DNA of 64,000 nt from Faecousia sp. (lineage in GTDB: Bacteria; Bacillota; Clostridia; Oscillospirales; Oscillospiraceae). This document shows, in pieces, positions 53,762-63,140 of the stretch; the first letter of the stretch is position 1; each line of letters begins with the position of its first letter. Made by a program: the position numbers and the translations under genes. The notes under the pieces are model-generated. The model did no database searches. It was not told the origin of the DNA and worked only from the letters and a program-made list of their open reading frames with translations. The stretch lies in assembly GCA_045639485.1 (NCBI GenBank), contig JAZUDF010000066.1, positions 15,965-79,964 of the forward strand. The letters are read 5' to 3'.

Positions 53762-55123
53762 TTAAGCAAGCACAAGCTCAATGGCTTCCCGAATATTACG
53801 AACGCGCAAAATCTCAAGTCCTTCGGGCGTCTTGAGTTTATCAGTTCCACGTCGCGGAATGATGCATTTTTCAAAGCCAAGACGGCGAATTTCATTGAGC
53901 CGCTGCTCCAGATTGGAAACACTGCGGATCTCTCCGGTCAAGCCGACCTCGCCGATCGCTGCAAGCTCATGCGGAATTGCCTTATCGCGGTAGCTGGACG
54001 CTGCAGCCAGAATAACCGGCAGATCGGATCCCGGCTCATCGATATTTAAGCCACCGATAACATTCAGGAACGCATCGCACTGGCTCAGCTTCATGCCGCC
54101 CCGTTTTTCAAGCACAGCAAGCAAAAGAGCTGCACGGTTATAGTCGAAGCCGTCCGTTGTTCTTCTCGGCATATTGGCACTGCTTTTTGTGATCAGTGCC
54201 TGCACTTCTGCAAGGATCGGTCTGGTTCCTTCCATCGCACAGGCGACACAGGTTCCGGGGGCATCCTTCGGGCGGCCTGCAAGCAGCATTTCCGAAGGAT
54301 TCGGAATTTCCTTCAGACCGATATCGATCATTTCGAATACACCGATCTCATTGGTTGATCCGAAACGGTTTTTTGCAGCACGAAGCAGTCTGTACGGGCC
54401 GTTGCGTTCGCCTTCGAAATACAGAACACAGTCGACCATGTGCTCGAGAACTTTCGGTCCTGCGATCGCTCCCTCTTTGTTCACGTGACCGACCACAAAG
54501 ACTGTGATGCCCTGTGATTTAGAAAGCTGCATGAGTGCCATCGTACAGTCCTTGACCTGTGAAATACTGCCCGGAGTTGAAGTATTTTCAGGTGCATAAA
54601 GTGTCTGAATCGAGTCTGCAATCAAAACGTCCGGCTGCAGTTCGTTGACATTTTTCAGGATCTCATCCATATCGGTTTCAGCCAGGACATACAGTGTCGA
54701 AGCCTCCGTCTTCAGCCGATCCGCTCTCATTTTGATCTGGCTTTCGCTTTCTTCTCCGGAGACGTACAGCACCTTTCTCCCCTGGCACAGATCATTGCAA
54801 ATCTGAAGAAGCAGCGTAGATTTACCGATGCCGGGTGCACCGCCGACAAGAACGAGAGAGCCTTTGACGGCACCACCGCCGAGAACGCGATCAAGTTCCT
54901 TCATTCCGGTAGAAAACCGCTGTTCGCTGCCGCTTTCAACTTCAGATAACTTTTTCGGTGCATGCCCGGGCATTCCGCTTTTTGCTGCGGCACGGGAAAC
55001 CGGAACGTCCTTTTCAATATGCTCTGTCATGGTATTCCACGCACCGCACGACGGGCATTTGCCCATCCATTGATGTGTTTCATTACCACAATTAGTACAG
55101 AAAAAAACAGATTTAGATTTCAT
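53762..55123 (-). CDS. radA: DNA repair protein RadA (Sms)
   Basis: N-terminal zinc ribbon FFCTNCGNETHQWMGKCPSCGAWN, Walker A GGAPGIGKST, KNRFG, and a Lon-like C-terminal domain. ATG 55121-55123 follows AAGGAGA. Confidence 0.93.
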   Translation of the reverse strand: MKSKSVFFCTNCGNETHQWMGKCPSCGAWNTMTEHIEKDVPVSRAAAKSGMPGHAPKKLSEVESGSEQRFSTGMKELDRVLGGGAVKGSLVLVGGAPGIGKSTLLLQICNDLCQGRKVLYVSGEESESQIKMRADRLKTEASTLYVLAETDMDEILKNVNELQPDVLIADSIQTLYAPENTSTPGSISQVKDCTMALMQLSKSQGITVFVVGHVNKEGAIAGPKVLEHMVDCVLYFEGERNGPYRLLRAAKNRFGSTNEIGVFEMIDIGLKEIPNPSEMLLAGRPKDAPGTCVACAMEGTRPILAEVQALITKSSANMPRRTTDGFDYNRAALLLAVLEKRGGMKLSQCDAFLNVIGGLNIDEPGSDLPVILAAASSYRDKAIPHELAAIGEVGLTGEIRSVSNLEQRLNEIRRLGFEKCIIPRRGTDKLKTPEGLEILRVRNIREAIELVLA

Positions 55124-55841
55124 TATGGACTGTCTCCTTCGGTAAATACTGCATGATTTGTGAAGCAATCACGCAGGTCAGTTTCTTTTGATAGTCATCG
55201 CTCTTTAATTTCTGTGTTTCCTCCACGTTGGAAAGAAAACCGCATTCCACAAGCACACCGGTGCAGGAAATATGCTCCATCAGCCAGACAGCTTCACTCT
55301 TTTTTGCCTCTCTGTGATTTGACGGATCGATATGCTCCCGCAGACTTTCCTGCATGCTTTCTGCCAATTCGGTGCTGCGTTCTGTCGGTGCATAAAACAC
55401 CTGAGCTCCGCTGTACTTTCCGTCAGAAAACATATTCTGATGGATGCTGACAAATAACGCACCCGGCGTGTTCATTACAATGGCAGCTCGGTTTTTCAGA
55501 TCGGATACCTTTTTCTCGGAAACCGTGTTTGCTGTTGCATCATATATAGAAACGTCTTCCCTGCGTGTCATGACAGTCGGTATGCCGAAAAAGTGAAACA
55601 GATCATCCATACGAAGACAGATCTGCAGATTGATGTCACTTTCTTTGATACCTGAAACTGATACAGCTCCGCCGTCTTCACCGCCATGTCCCGGATCGAT
55701 CACAACAGTCCGGACGCTCTGCGGAACAGTTTGGACGGCACTTTGAAATCTCAAAGACCGTTCCGCCAGAAATTCTGCTCCTCCGACAAACAGTGCAAGA
55801 AGCAACATATAGACTAAAACATATTTTTTCAGAAACCGCAT
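55113..55841 (-). CDS. cwlD: N-acetylmuramoyl-L-alanine amidase, CwlD-like (germination-specific)
   Basis: N-terminal anchor, VVIDPGHGGEDGGA, ...SIHQN... MurNAc-LAA motifs, and a ~240 aa size typical of CwlD. Confidence 0.7.
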   Translation of the reverse strand: MRFLKKYVLVYMLLLALFVGGAEFLAERSLRFQSAVQTVPQSVRTVVIDPGHGGEDGGAVSVSGIKESDINLQICLRMDDLFHFFGIPTVMTRREDVSIYDATANTVSEKKVSDLKNRAAIVMNTPGALFVSIHQNMFSDGKYSGAQVFYAPTERSTELAESMQESLREHIDPSNHREAKKSEAVWLMEHISCTGVLVECGFLSNVEETQKLKSDDYQKKLTCVIASQIMQYLPKETVHNEI

Positions 55842-55975
55842 AAAATCACCGCCCGGAGAAACTCTATGCGGATCTTCTCTGCTGTATTCAAGTATAACAC
55901 AGATTCCGGCTGTTGCATAGAATGATTTTGTAGGGAGAAATCAGTCGATTTTTCTTACAGAAAGGGGCAAAGTAT

Positions 55976-56413
55976 ATGGATCATCCGAACCAGAACTACT
56001 GTTCACACGGCACCTGTCATACGAGGCTTGCTGTCCCGTATGTACCTTTTCAGTCGGACTGTGCAACAACTTACGCTGCAAAAAAAGCACTTGTTCGCGG
56101 CACACTGTTCCCGGATCTTGATCTGCCTTTTATGGGCATGATCAACGAGCACGAAAAGGATGACGTGCCATTGCATGAACTGCAGGCACTTTCATTTGCC
56201 ATCGATGAGCTTGGACTATATCTTGACACGCACGAGCATGATGAAGAAGCATTAGAACTGTATCGCAAATACGTGCAGTTGTATCATCAGGGCGTACTGC
56301 AATACGAAAAGCTTTACGGCCCATTGACCAAAATGCAGGCAGGGATGTTTGGAAGCTATGACTGGCTCAAGTCACCGTGGCCTTGGGAATATGACGCAAA
56401 CAAGGAGGTTTAA
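55976..56413 (+). CDS. cotJB: Fused spore coat proteins CotJA-CotJB
   Basis: Residues ~15-55 (LAVPYVPFQ...ALVRGTLFPDLDLPF) match the CotJA signature. Residues ~65-145 (LQALSFAIDELGLYLDTHEHDEEALELY...YGPLT) match CotJB. It is a single uninterrupted ORF. Confidence 0.75.
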   Translation: MDHPNQNYCSHGTCHTRLAVPYVPFQSDCATTYAAKKALVRGTLFPDLDLPFMGMINEHEKDDVPLHELQALSFAIDELGLYLDTHEHDEEALELYRKYVQLYHQGVLQYEKLYGPLTKMQAGMFGSYDWLKSPWPWEYDANKEV

Positions 56414-56415
56414 GC

Positions 56416-57030
56416 ATGTTTGAGTATCAGAAAAAACTGCAATATCCCGTCAGGATACGCAACACGAATTCGAAACTTGCGTCGATCATCATCAGCCAGT
56501 ACGGCGGTCCGGATGGAGAACTCGGTGCTTCCCTGCGATATCTCAGTCAGCGGTTTTCCATGCCTTTTGCTGAACAGCAGGGCCTTCTGACTGATATAGG
56601 GACAGAAGAACTCGGTCATCTGGAGATGATCGGAGCCATTATACACCAGTTAACAAGAAGCCTGACGCCGGAACAGCAAAAGTCCTGCGGCTTTGATGCA
56701 TATTTTGTAGATCATACAGCAGGTGTATATCCGGCCGCCGCATCCGGTTTCCCGTTTAACGCAGCCTCGATTGCGGTCAAAGGCGATGCGATCGCAGATC
56801 TGACGGAAGACCTCGCTGCAGAGCAGAAAGCACGCGTCACTTACGACAACATTCTGCGGTTATCCGATGATCCCGATGTGAACGACGTCATCAAGTTCCT
56901 TCGTGAACGTGAAATCGTGCACTTCCAGCGTTTCGGCGAAGCATTGGAGCTTCTGCGGCAAAAACTCAACGAGAAGAATGTGTATTATATGAACCCTTCA
57001 TTTGATAAGATCGAGAAAAGCAAGCGATAA
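56416..57030 (+). CDS. cotJC: Spore coat protein CotJC (manganese catalase family)
   Basis: YGGPDGELGASLRYLSQRF...EELGHLEMI...EREIVHFQRF. The ATG lies 2 nt after the cotJAB stop. Confidence 0.88.
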   Translation: MFEYQKKLQYPVRIRNTNSKLASIIISQYGGPDGELGASLRYLSQRFSMPFAEQQGLLTDIGTEELGHLEMIGAIIHQLTRSLTPEQQKSCGFDAYFVDHTAGVYPAAASGFPFNAASIAVKGDAIADLTEDLAAEQKARVTYDNILRLSDDPDVNDVIKFLREREIVHFQRFGEALELLRQKLNEKNVYYMNPSFDKIEKSKR

Positions 57031-57043
57031 TACTTTACGAAAA

Positions 57044-57074
57044 AGCGGCATCGGGGGTCTGTCCCGATGCCGCT
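57044..57074. terminator. Shared terminator between convergent cotJC and the ECF-S/small-ORF transcript
   Basis: A 12-bp stem AGCGGCATCGGG/CCCGATGCCGCT. The better U-tract is on the minus strand (TTTTCG). Confidence 0.75.
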
Positions 57075-57087
57075 AAATTTCAAATGT

Positions 57088-57237
57088 TCAGTCGCTGTCG
57101 AACTCGTCCGGTGGGGTGATGATCTCGCCGTTGCCATTGGTCGTTCCGGTCGCTTCGGTCGTTTCCTCAGATGTGGAAATAATATCCCGTATATTCATTA
57201 AAACGATTTTCATTTCTGCAGGAACAAACTGTTTCAT
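57088..57237 (-). CDS. Hypothetical 49-aa acidic peptide (not in the ORF track)
   Basis: MKQFVPAEMKIVLMNIRDIISTSEETTEATGTTNGNGEIITPPDEFDSD. AAAGG lies 8 nt upstream. It starts 34 nt downstream of the ECF-S stop and ends just upstream of the 57044-57074 terminator. Confidence 0.35.
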   Translation of the reverse strand: MKQFVPAEMKIVLMNIRDIISTSEETTEATGTTNGNGEIITPPDEFDSD

Positions 57238-57271
57238 AGCAATAGCCTTTCATTTTCACCATCAGTTTATA

Positions 57272-57874
57272 TTAAAACTGAAATTTCTTTTTTCCGATTT
57301 GAATCACGCGAATTGCGAGAGGCGAAAGGACAAGAGATAATCCCAATTCAATCAAAAAACTCACGCCTACAAGCACGAAAACCGCATAGTAGGACACGGA
57401 TGTGATATTCAATGCAGATGCCCATTGGGAAAGCGTCGACCAGAAGAATGTCCGGCAGCCGATCAGAAATATGGAAGTATTGACGATTGGGCAGGTCACT
57501 GCCGCAAGTATCGCGGCAAGCGTCGAGTTCTTCTTTGACACAAGAACGTAGACACCGGCAGAAGCTGCACCCGCCAAGACACCTTTTAAAGCAACGGTGA
57601 CAATCGTCCCGGGAACGCTGACTGCCAAAAACGGTGCAGCATCGCCGGAAATCAGGACTGCCGCAGCAAATACGAGTCCGAGCCATCCGCCATATTGCCA
57701 ACCAAGCAGTGCAGCACCCACAACGATCGGAATGAGCACCAATGCCGCAGAGGAAAACAGTCCGATCTTTGTCAGGCTGCCCAACATCTGCAAAACAAAT
57801 ACGATTGCAGTCAGTATCGCCGCTAAAGAAAGTCGGCGTACGTTTTCGCGTGAAGTACGTTTGTTATTCATCAT
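57272..57874 (-). CDS. ECF transporter substrate-specific (S) component, substrate unknown
   Basis: A ~200-aa six-helix protein whose N-terminus, ...TSRENVRRLSLAAILTAIVFVLQML, is typical of ECF S components. ATGATG at 57869-57874 follows AAAGGAA. The track start is an upstream extension. Confidence 0.6.
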   Translation of the reverse strand: MMNNKRTSRENVRRLSLAAILTAIVFVLQMLGSLTKIGLFSSAALVLIPIVVGAALLGWQYGGWLGLVFAAAVLISGDAAPFLAVSVPGTIVTVALKGVLAGAASAGVYVLVSKKNSTLAAILAAVTCPIVNTSIFLIGCRTFFWSTLSQWASALNITSVSYYAVFVLVGVSFLIELGLSLVLSPLAIRVIQIGKKKFQF

Positions 57875-57945
57875 AATTCCTTTCTGCTGCCGTTCCGCCC
57901 TTTCGTCGGATACGACGCAATGTGAATAGTTAAAACGGTTGTGTA

Positions 57946-60519
57946 TTAAGACTCTTCCACTATTTCTGCTTCTTCCGGCTGCATGGAAAGCTGTTCCCCT
58001 GCCTGCATTGCATGCCACTGTTCTTTCGTGACAAGGAGCTGCCTGGGTTTTGAGCCTTCAAACGGGCCGACAATGCCGCGTTCTTCCATTTCATCCACAA
58101 TTCTGGCAGCACGTGCATAGCCAAGTTTCAGACGACGCTGCAGCATGGAAACGGAGGCCTGTCCGGTTTCAAGAATGACTTCGACTGCAGCGGGAAGAAG
58201 TTCGTCTCCGTCCTCACTGCTCTGGGCAGGTGCAGGTTCGTTGCTGCTGTGGTTCTTATTCCCCTGCTGTTCTGCCTTGAGGTCGATCTGTGCCTGGACT
58301 TCGTCAGAATAGTTCGCAGAGCCGTGCTGCTTGATGAAGTCCGTGACTTTCTGCACTTCGTCATCGGACACGAAACAGCCCTGTACACGCTTCGGCTTTC
58401 CTTTGCCGAGCGGAGCAAAGAGCATATCGCCCTTACCAACCAGTTTTTCCGCACCGGTCGTGTCGAGAATAATACGGGATTCCATTGCGGAAGAAACCGC
58501 AAATGCAATGCGGGAAGGAATATTAGCCTTCATCAAGCCGGTGATGACATCAGCAGACGGACGCTGCGTTGCGATGATGAGGTGAATGCCGGAGGCACGT
58601 CCCATCTGTGCAATACGGCAGATTGACTCTTCAACTTCCTTTGCCGCCACGATCATCAGGTCAGCAAGTTCGTCGATGACAACAACGATCTGTTCCATCG
58701 GCTTCAGGTCAACGTCTGTCAATGCCTGCTTGTTATAAGATTCAAGATCTCGTACACCTGCATCCGCCATGACACGGTAGCGACGCATCATTTCCGTCAC
58801 AGTCCACTGCAGAGCACCTGCAGCCTTCTTCGGATCTGTCACAACAGGGATCAGAAGATGCGGAATGCCGTTGTAGATACCGAGCTCGACCATCTTCGGA
58901 TCGACCATGATGAGGCGAACCTCTTCCGGTTTGGACTTATACAGAAGCGAAATGATCAGGCTGTTCATGCAAACCGATTTACCGGAGCCGGTGGTACCTG
59001 CGATCAGCATGTGCGGCAGCTTGGAAATATCGCCGATAATGCAGTTGCCGCTGATATCCTTCCCGACGGCAAAGGAAAGGCGTGAGCCAGCGTTGCGGAA
59101 CGAAGAAGAATCCACGACCTCACGCAAAGAAACTGTGCTGACAAGCTTGTTCGGCACTTCGATGCCGACAACGGAAATCTTATCGGGGATTGCCGAAATA
59201 CGAACGCTTGCGGCACCGAGAGAAAGTGCAATATCGTCAGCCAAACCGGTCAGGCGGTTGAGTCTGACGCCCTGTGCAAGTTCCAGTTCATACATCGTCA
59301 CAGAAGGGCCCCGGGTAACGTTGATGATCTGTGCATCAACGTTGAAGCACTCCAGCGTTTCTTTCAGACGCTTGGTGTTATCACGCATTTCCTGCGTACC
59401 ATCAATGTTGCCGCGTCTGCCTTCTGCGAGAAGATTGATCGGAGGAAATACGTAAACTTCCTTCACTTCTTCTTTTTCTGCGATCTCATGTGCGATTTGG
59501 CTTGCAGCCTGTGCCGCTTCACCCTTTTTCAGTTTATCGGAAGGCTCTTCCTGAAGCGGAGGTAAAGGTTCTTCCACAGCAGATTTTTGCTCTTCCGTAT
59601 GTTTCTGAGACACCTGAAGCGGTGTGATTTTGATCGTTTTCGGTTCGCTTTCGGTCTCTTCAACGACGTGTACGGAAGATGCAGGCTCCTCTTTCTGCTG
59701 AGACTTCGCTTTTTCTTCACGCTGGCGGCGAATATACTCATCGGGAGAGGTCGGGCCGTCTGTTCTACGCGGTTTTTCCTTCGGCTCTGAAACCGCTCCT
59801 GCTGCAGCGGGAGGCTCATCAACAGGAAGATCATAAGCAAAACGACGTTTTGGTTCACGGTCCTGTTTTTTCTCATTGTGCTCTGCCCGACGCTGAGAAA
59901 TATGCTCAACGATCACTTCTGCAGGTTCTCTATGTTCTTTTTCAACCTTCGGTTCGCTCGCACGCTTATTGTTGATTGCACGAAGCAGGCCGGTCAAAGT
60001 CAGGTTAAGTGATGCAAGCAGCGTGACGATCAATAGAATCAAGCTGATGATCCATGCCGCTACGCCGCCGATCAGGCTGAAGAAGATCGCAACACCGCCG
60101 CCTAATACGCCGCCGGAAAGATTTGCCTTACCGCGGGCATACAATTCACCGATTGAAATCGGTACTGCGTTTCCGAAGGAAAGGTGTGCAATACAGGACA
60201 CAAGGATCACAAAGGACAAAGAGCAGATGATACGCATGGTCACAGGTCTGCCGCCATGGAACATCAGTGCAACAAAGCAAAGAACGAGGCCGAGCGGCAG
60301 GAAGATCAAGCCAATCGGGCCAAGAAGACCTTTAAAGAGATTGGAAATGAGATTGCCGTCACCGAAACTGCTGAATACGATCACGATCGCCAGGATCAGG
60401 CACAGCACGCCCCAGATCTCTTTGGAGAACTGCTGATAGAGATTTTTCTCCTGCGGCAGTTGTTTCTTTGTGTTCTTTGTTGATTTATTTGGTTTTTTGG
60501 AGCCTTTTTTTGCTGCCAT
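57946..60519 (-). CDS. ftsK: DNA translocase FtsK/SpoIIIE
   Basis: N-terminal TM helices, a charged linker, the motor domain (AGTTGSGKS, VVIDELADL, IIATQRPS), and a C-terminal gamma winged helix (LQRRLKLGYARAARIVD). Confidence 0.93.
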   Translation of the reverse strand: MAAKKGSKKPNKSTKNTKKQLPQEKNLYQQFSKEIWGVLCLILAIVIVFSSFGDGNLISNLFKGLLGPIGLIFLPLGLVLCFVALMFHGGRPVTMRIICSLSFVILVSCIAHLSFGNAVPISIGELYARGKANLSGGVLGGGVAIFFSLIGGVAAWIISLILLIVTLLASLNLTLTGLLRAINNKRASEPKVEKEHREPAEVIVEHISQRRAEHNEKKQDREPKRRFAYDLPVDEPPAAAGAVSEPKEKPRRTDGPTSPDEYIRRQREEKAKSQQKEEPASSVHVVEETESEPKTIKITPLQVSQKHTEEQKSAVEEPLPPLQEEPSDKLKKGEAAQAASQIAHEIAEKEEVKEVYVFPPINLLAEGRRGNIDGTQEMRDNTKRLKETLECFNVDAQIINVTRGPSVTMYELELAQGVRLNRLTGLADDIALSLGAASVRISAIPDKISVVGIEVPNKLVSTVSLREVVDSSSFRNAGSRLSFAVGKDISGNCIIGDISKLPHMLIAGTTGSGKSVCMNSLIISLLYKSKPEEVRLIMVDPKMVELGIYNGIPHLLIPVVTDPKKAAGALQWTVTEMMRRYRVMADAGVRDLESYNKQALTDVDLKPMEQIVVVIDELADLMIVAAKEVEESICRIAQMGRASGIHLIIATQRPSADVITGLMKANIPSRIAFAVSSAMESRIILDTTGAEKLVGKGDMLFAPLGKGKPKRVQGCFVSDDEVQKVTDFIKQHGSANYSDEVQAQIDLKAEQQGNKNHSSNEPAPAQSSEDGDELLPAAVEVILETGQASVSMLQRRLKLGYARAARIVDEMEERGIVGPFEGSKPRQLLVTKEQWHAMQAGEQLSMQPEEAEIVEES

Positions 60520-60535
60520 TCGTATGTACTCCCGT

Positions 60536-61372
60536 TTAAGAAATCAGTGAAATAATCAATGCAAACAAACCGGCACCCCAGCACCAGAATGCAAATCCGC
60601 CGAATTTGCCGCGTTCTGCCAGTTTCTTCAAAAATGTAATTGCAAAATAACCGCTCACAGCGGCAACGACCATGCCTGCAAGGCATACCCAGAAGCTGAC
60701 GTCGCCAAGCCCCGTCTTGAACACGTCGATCACTTCAAGCAGCACAGCTGCAAGAACCGTCGGGATCGACATGAGGAAGGAAAACTTAAGGGCAAACGGT
60801 CTGTTAAAGCCGCGAACCGTTCCGGCTGTGATCGTTGCTCCGGATCGGGACAAACCGGGTACCACGGCAAGCAGTTGTGCGACACCGACGACCAGTGCAT
60901 CGACGATCGTCATGCTCTTTTCATCTTTCTTGCCTTTTGTATAGCGGTCGCTGAAGTAAAGCAGCATGCCGGTCACGATCAGCATCACGCCGACAAACAC
61001 GAGTCCGTGTGCTCCGTTACCAAGTGATTCGATCCAGCCTTTGATCGGCAGGATAATGAACAACGGAACCAAAGAAACAATCAGAAAAACGATCAAACGT
61101 CTGGCCGGCACGTTTTTGCCGGACTTTGGGTTCTTAATGTGAACCATACGCAGGCCTTCCGAAAACAGTTCGGAAATCTCCTGCTTATATGCCAAAAAAA
61201 CTGCGATGAGCGTGCCGAAGTGGAGCATGACGTCGAAGAACAGGAAGTTTGTTTCAACGTTTGCCACACCGAGCAGATGCTCTGCGATCTTCAAATGGCC
61301 GGAACTGGAAATCGGCAGGAACTCTGCAATGCCCTGCACCAAGCCAAGAACAATGGCTTGCAAGATATTCAT
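60536..61372 (-). CDS. uppP: Undecaprenyl-diphosphate phosphatase
   Basis: MNILQAIVLGLVQGIAEFLPISSSGH... and ...PGLSRSGATI motifs. ATG 61370-61372 follows GGAGGAAA. Confidence 0.92.
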   Translation of the reverse strand: MNILQAIVLGLVQGIAEFLPISSSGHLKIAEHLLGVANVETNFLFFDVMLHFGTLIAVFLAYKQEISELFSEGLRMVHIKNPKSGKNVPARRLIVFLIVSLVPLFIILPIKGWIESLGNGAHGLVFVGVMLIVTGMLLYFSDRYTKGKKDEKSMTIVDALVVGVAQLLAVVPGLSRSGATITAGTVRGFNRPFALKFSFLMSIPTVLAAVLLEVIDVFKTGLGDVSFWVCLAGMVVAAVSGYFAITFLKKLAERGKFGGFAFWCWGAGLFALIISLIS

Positions 61373-61447
61373 TTCGTTTCCTCCGCAAATATATTTTCGC
61401 ACACATTCTATTGTATTATATCATATCTTTTCGATGATTTCCACCTT

Positions 61448-62152
61448 TTATTTTTGTTTTCTTTCCCTGTGATTTTTGGCAGTATGAATCATTCTATGCA
61501 ACAGTTCCAATGCGTCATGCAGCCCGCCGAGTCGGTCGATCAGCCCACATCTGACTGCTTCTTTTCCGTAAAGGACTGTGCCGACGTCGCTCGCCATTTC
61601 CCCTGTCGCCATCATATAGTGAAGAAACTGTTGGGCATTGATATGACTGTTCGCTGTCACAAAGTCAACGATCTGGTTTTGAATACGGTTAAAATACTGA
61701 AACGTTGCAGGTGCTCCGATGACCGTTCCGCTCATACGGACCGGGTGGATCGTCATACTGGCAGTCGGAACGATCAGGCTCTTTTTCGCCGACACTGCAA
61801 GCGGAACACCAATGGAATGTCCGCCTCCGAGCACAAGTGATACCGTCGGTTTTCGCATACCGGCGATCAGCTCCGAGATCGCAAGCCCTGCTTCAATATC
61901 TCCGCCGACTGTATTCAGAAGAAGCAGCAGGCCGTCAATTTCATCACTCTCCTCAATATCGGCAAGCAGCGGAAGCACGTGTTCATATTTTGTCGTTTTA
62001 TAATTTTCCGGTGCCGTCTGATGCCCTTCAATCTGTCCTATGATGGTCAGCGTATAGATATTCCCGTGTTCGGTCTTACTCACAGCACTGCCAAGATCAA
62101 TGATCTCATCAAGTTTTGACTGCTCAACGTCTTCTTTTTCCCGTTTGTTCAT
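61448..62152 (-). CDS. tepA: ClpP-fold serine protease family protein, TepA-like
   Basis: ...IIGQIEGH...LLLLNTVGGDIEAGLAISE...GGGHSIGVPLA... is the ClpP/TepA family pattern. ATG 62150-62152 follows GGGAGA. Confidence 0.6.
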   Translation of the reverse strand: MNKREKEDVEQSKLDEIIDLGSAVSKTEHGNIYTLTIIGQIEGHQTAPENYKTTKYEHVLPLLADIEESDEIDGLLLLLNTVGGDIEAGLAISELIAGMRKPTVSLVLGGGHSIGVPLAVSAKKSLIVPTASMTIHPVRMSGTVIGAPATFQYFNRIQNQIVDFVTANSHINAQQFLHYMMATGEMASDVGTVLYGKEAVRCGLIDRLGGLHDALELLHRMIHTAKNHRERKQK

Positions 62153-62273
62153 ACTGCATCTCCCATTCATTCTTATGATTATTATCCGCCGATGATATGG
62201 AATTATGCAGTTTTCACACTTGTGAATTCGTTTGAAATCTGATAAACTATCAAAAGAAAGTGAGGGATAAACG

Positions 62274-63140
62274 TTGCTGGATGTATGCGATATCAATCAG
62301 ATGAAGCCGTTGCTCGCAAAACACGGGTTTCATTTTTCAAAAGCAAAAGGTCAGAATTTTCTGATCAAATCGTGGGTTCCCGCAAGGATCGCCGAAGAAG
62401 CAGGTGTAGATGCGTCCTGCGGCGTTTTGGAAGTCGGCCCCGGTATCGGACCTTTGACGCAGCAGTTGTGTCTGCGTGCCAAAAAAGTCGTTGCTGTGGA
62501 GCTTGACACCTCTCTCAAACCCATTCTTGACGAAACAATGGGGGATTTTGACAACCTGACGCTGATCTTTGACAACGTGATGAAAGCAGATCTCGCAACC
62601 CTTGTGCAAGAACAGTTCCCCGGTCTGCGACCGATGGCCTGTGCCAATCTCCCCTATTACATTACCTCTCCGATTCTGACACTCTTACTGGAAAGCAGGC
62701 TGTTTTCTTCCGTGACCGTCATGGTGCAGAAAGAGGTCGCTCAACGGATCTGTGCTGCGGCAGGCAGTTCCGATTACAGTGCTTTTTCCGTCTTCTGCAA
62801 CTATTATGCACAGCCGCAGATGCTTTTTGACGTCTCCCCTGATTGCTTCCTTCCGCAGCCGAAGGTCACTTCTTCTGTGATCACGCTGAAAATGCGGACA
62901 CAACCTATTTGCGAAATCTCAGATGAAACGCTGTTTTTCAAAGTCGTCCGAGCCAGTTTTGCTATGCGTCGAAAGACGCTTGTCAACGGGCTGTCTGCAG
63001 GATTTTCACAGTTCAGCAAGGCTGATCTGACCGAGATTTTGGCAGAATGCGGATATGACGCCAATATTCGCGGTGAAACGCTCGATATCAACGGTTTTGC
63101 TGCAATTGCAAACACGATGTACAGGAGAATGCATGTTTAA
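62274..63140 (+). CDS. rsmA: 16S rRNA (adenine1518/1519-N6)-dimethyltransferase
   Basis: KAKGQNFL, LEVGPGIGPLT and ANLPYYITSPIL motifs. TTG 62274 lies 7 nt after GAGGG. An in-frame ATG at 62301 is the alternative start. Confidence 0.9.
   Translation: MLDVCDINQMKPLLAKHGFHFSKAKGQNFLIKSWVPARIAEEAGVDASCGVLEVGPGIGPLTQQLCLRAKKVVAVELDTSLKPILDETMGDFDNLTLIFDNVMKADLATLVQEQFPGLRPMACANLPYYITSPILTLLLESRLFSSVTVMVQKEVAQRICAAAGSSDYSAFSVFCNYYAQPQMLFDVSPDCFLPQPKVTSSVITLKMRTQPICEISDETLFFKVVRASFAMRRKTLVNGLSAGFSQFSKADLTEILAECGYDANIRGETLDINGFAAIANTMYRRMHV

Noticed and set aside
57116-57340. A 74-aa plus-strand ORF downstream of cotJC.
   Set aside because: It starts beyond the cotJC terminator, lacks an RBS, and is antisense to the ECF-S 3' end and the 49-aa ORF. 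Its sequence is hydrophobic noise.
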